From assembly GCA_963665115.1 (NCBI GenBank), contig OY762007.1:4576001-4640000 (forward strand): a DNA stretch of 64,000 nucleotides, given 5' to 3'. The position numbers and the translations under genes are program-made. The notes under the pieces are model-generated. The model did no database searches and had not been told where the DNA came from. It worked only from the letters and a program-made list of their open reading frames with translations. Source of the stretch: an uncultured Rivularia sp. (GTDB taxonomy: Bacteria; Cyanobacteriota; Cyanobacteriia; Cyanobacteriales; Nostocaceae). Positions 62,502 through 64,000 of the stretch are shown here, in pieces (within the stretch, counting starts at the first letter, position 1; each line of letters begins with the position of its first letter).

Positions 62502-63653
62502 TCACTGCTCACTGCTCACTGTTGACTGATTAACCATCCCCCGATGCAAAACCAACATCACCCCAGCTAAAGGAATCATCAAAACTGGAATAACCTCCAA
62601 TCCAAATCGAGATGCAAAAAACCCAGCTAAAGAAGGAATTGCTGCTGCTCCCAAACTTGCCGAACTTGTAATAAAACCAATCGCAGCCGGTACAATCGCT
62701 GTAGGAATCCATTGCGGTGTTAACCAAATAGTCAGCGGAAATATCGGCGCTAAAGCAATACCAATTAAAGGCAAACTAAATAATTGATTTGGCAATAACC
62801 ACCAAGCAATCAAACTTAAACTTAATAATATTAAACTATAATTCAAAGTCCGATTTGCTCCCCACAATTTAACAAATCGTCCGCTGATAAAACGTCCTAA
62901 AGTTAATCCCAACCAGTAAGCACTAACGCTATAACCTGCGATTAATGTTGGGGTATTTCTACTAATATGTTGAACGCTATAAGCCCAGTTTCCTACAGAT
63001 GCTTCTGTTCCCACGTAAACTGCTAACAATAAACCAGCTAGTAAAACTGTATGTGTTTTCAAGGCTTCACCCAAATTTGCAGAAGCAGTTTTATCCGATT
63101 TAATTCTCTTAGTTAATGGTTTGAAATCGGATATCACAGCCCATAACATCCCAAATACCATTAATCCGACAACCGCAGCAAAAACCAGATAAACACTGCG
63201 CCAAGGTAAGTTTACCGCTAATAACGTAGTGGCGATCGCCGGTCCTAAAAGTGCCCCAATTCCATAAAAACCGTGCAGCCATCCCATCAAATCCGCTTGA
63301 TTTCGGTTGGCAATATAGCTGTTAATCCCCGCATCAATTAAGCCAATTCCCAAACCCAGCAACGAGCCAGCAGCAACCATCAACCACCAAAACGGACTAA
63401 AAGCGTAGACTATTAAAGCAAATGTCAGGCTTGTGGATGCTAACAATAACATCCTTGCTAAACCGATGCGGCTGCTTAAGATACTGCTAGCTAAAGCGGC
63501 AAAAATATAACCCGTAACTTGACTCAGAAAAAGTAGGGTAATGTTGGCTGAAGTTAGATTGTAAGTTTCACCGATTGAGGGAATGAGAACACCCAAACCA
63601 CCTTCGGCAATACCGATTGCTATGAATGCGTAGAAAGATATTAGGATTGCCAT
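62502..63653 (-). CDS. MFS transporter
   Basis: Many TM segments; GLGIGLIDAG, LHGFYGIGALLGP, YVGTE. Confidence 0.9.
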   Translation of the reverse strand: MAILISFYAFIAIGIAEGGLGVLIPSIGETYNLTSANITLLFLSQVTGYIFAALASSILSSRIGLARMLLLASTSLTFALIVYAFSPFWWLMVAAGSLLGLGIGLIDAGINSYIANRNQADLMGWLHGFYGIGALLGPAIATTLLAVNLPWRSVYLVFAAVVGLMVFGMLWAVISDFKPLTKRIKSDKTASANLGEALKTHTVLLAGLLLAVYVGTEASVGNWAYSVQHISRNTPTLIAGYSVSAYWLGLTLGRFISGRFVKLWGANRTLNYSLILLSLSLIAWWLLPNQLFSLPLIGIALAPIFPLTIWLTPQWIPTAIVPAAIGFITSSASLGAAAIPSLAGFFASRFGLEVIPVLMIPLAGVMLVLHRGMVNQSTVSSEQ

Positions 63654-63836
63654 GAGGAGAAAGAGTTATGAGTTATGAGTTAAAAATTATTCCACCATTT
63701 GTAGTGGGAGCCAGAATGCTCCCTGGTAATTCAATATCTTTCTTTCTTGTTATCCAATCCCCAGTGCCCCACGCCCAATTACCAATTACTAATTATTACT
63801 CAATATTTTTGGCGCTAAAGCGCAACTACGAACCAA

Positions 63837-64000
63837 TTATCCATGATTACAACCCGCTATCGGTAAACATATTTTAAAAGTAGTTTTTCCGGGTTTTGAT
63901 TCTAAATATAAAGCTCCTTTATGACGGTTTTCTACAATTCTTCTCACTGCATCTAATCCCAATCCGCTACCTTTTCCTACTCCTTTTGTTGTAAAAAATG
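63837..64000 (-). CDS. C-terminus of a sensor histidine kinase (HATPase_c)
   Basis: [31 protein letters not shown]; 5' part lies outside the window. Confidence 0.9.
   Translation of the reverse strand, partial: FFTTKGVGKGSGLGLDAVRRIVENRHKGALYLESKPGKTTFKICLPIAGCNHG

Overview
Chromosomal window from a filamentous, probably heterocyst-forming cyanobacterium (Nostocales-like). This is inferred from frequent HIP1 GCGATCGC sites, heptamer STRR repeats, Yfr1, petCA, and the pilBTC/grpE-dnaK-dnaJ layout. The first ~48 kb is mostly core genes: mutS2, guaB-Yfr1-trxA, a ferredoxin/ycf35 operon, type IV pilus motor genes divergent from grpE-dnaK-dnaJ-tusA-like-rsgA, a GH57 gene, petC-petA, tatC-csaA, a lytic transglycosylase, ubiH-like, CBS-GGDEF and yebC. 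It also holds a three-gene mycosporine-like amino acid cluster (mysABC) and a P-loop ATPase + STAND/WD40 pair. The last ~15 kb is accessory: FAD monooxygenase, cis-prenyltransferase, ferritin-like diiron protein, an HTH-NB-ARC-TPR protein, and a mosaic of partial gene duplications, integron attC-like sites and toxin-antitoxin pairs in which only the antitoxin survives. Six genes carry single +1 frameshifts in homopolymer runs, most likely sequencing errors. The most notable unexplained signals are: a ~1.4-kb ORF-free, densely base-paired region upstream of mysA; a ~290-nt multi-hairpin element between dnaK and dnaJ; a ~100-bp TA-targeting MITE whose empty site can be rebuilt inside a gene; and the cassette-like antitoxin-only mosaic at 58-62.5 kb. 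All protein calls come from motif recognition by eye; no searches or folding were run.
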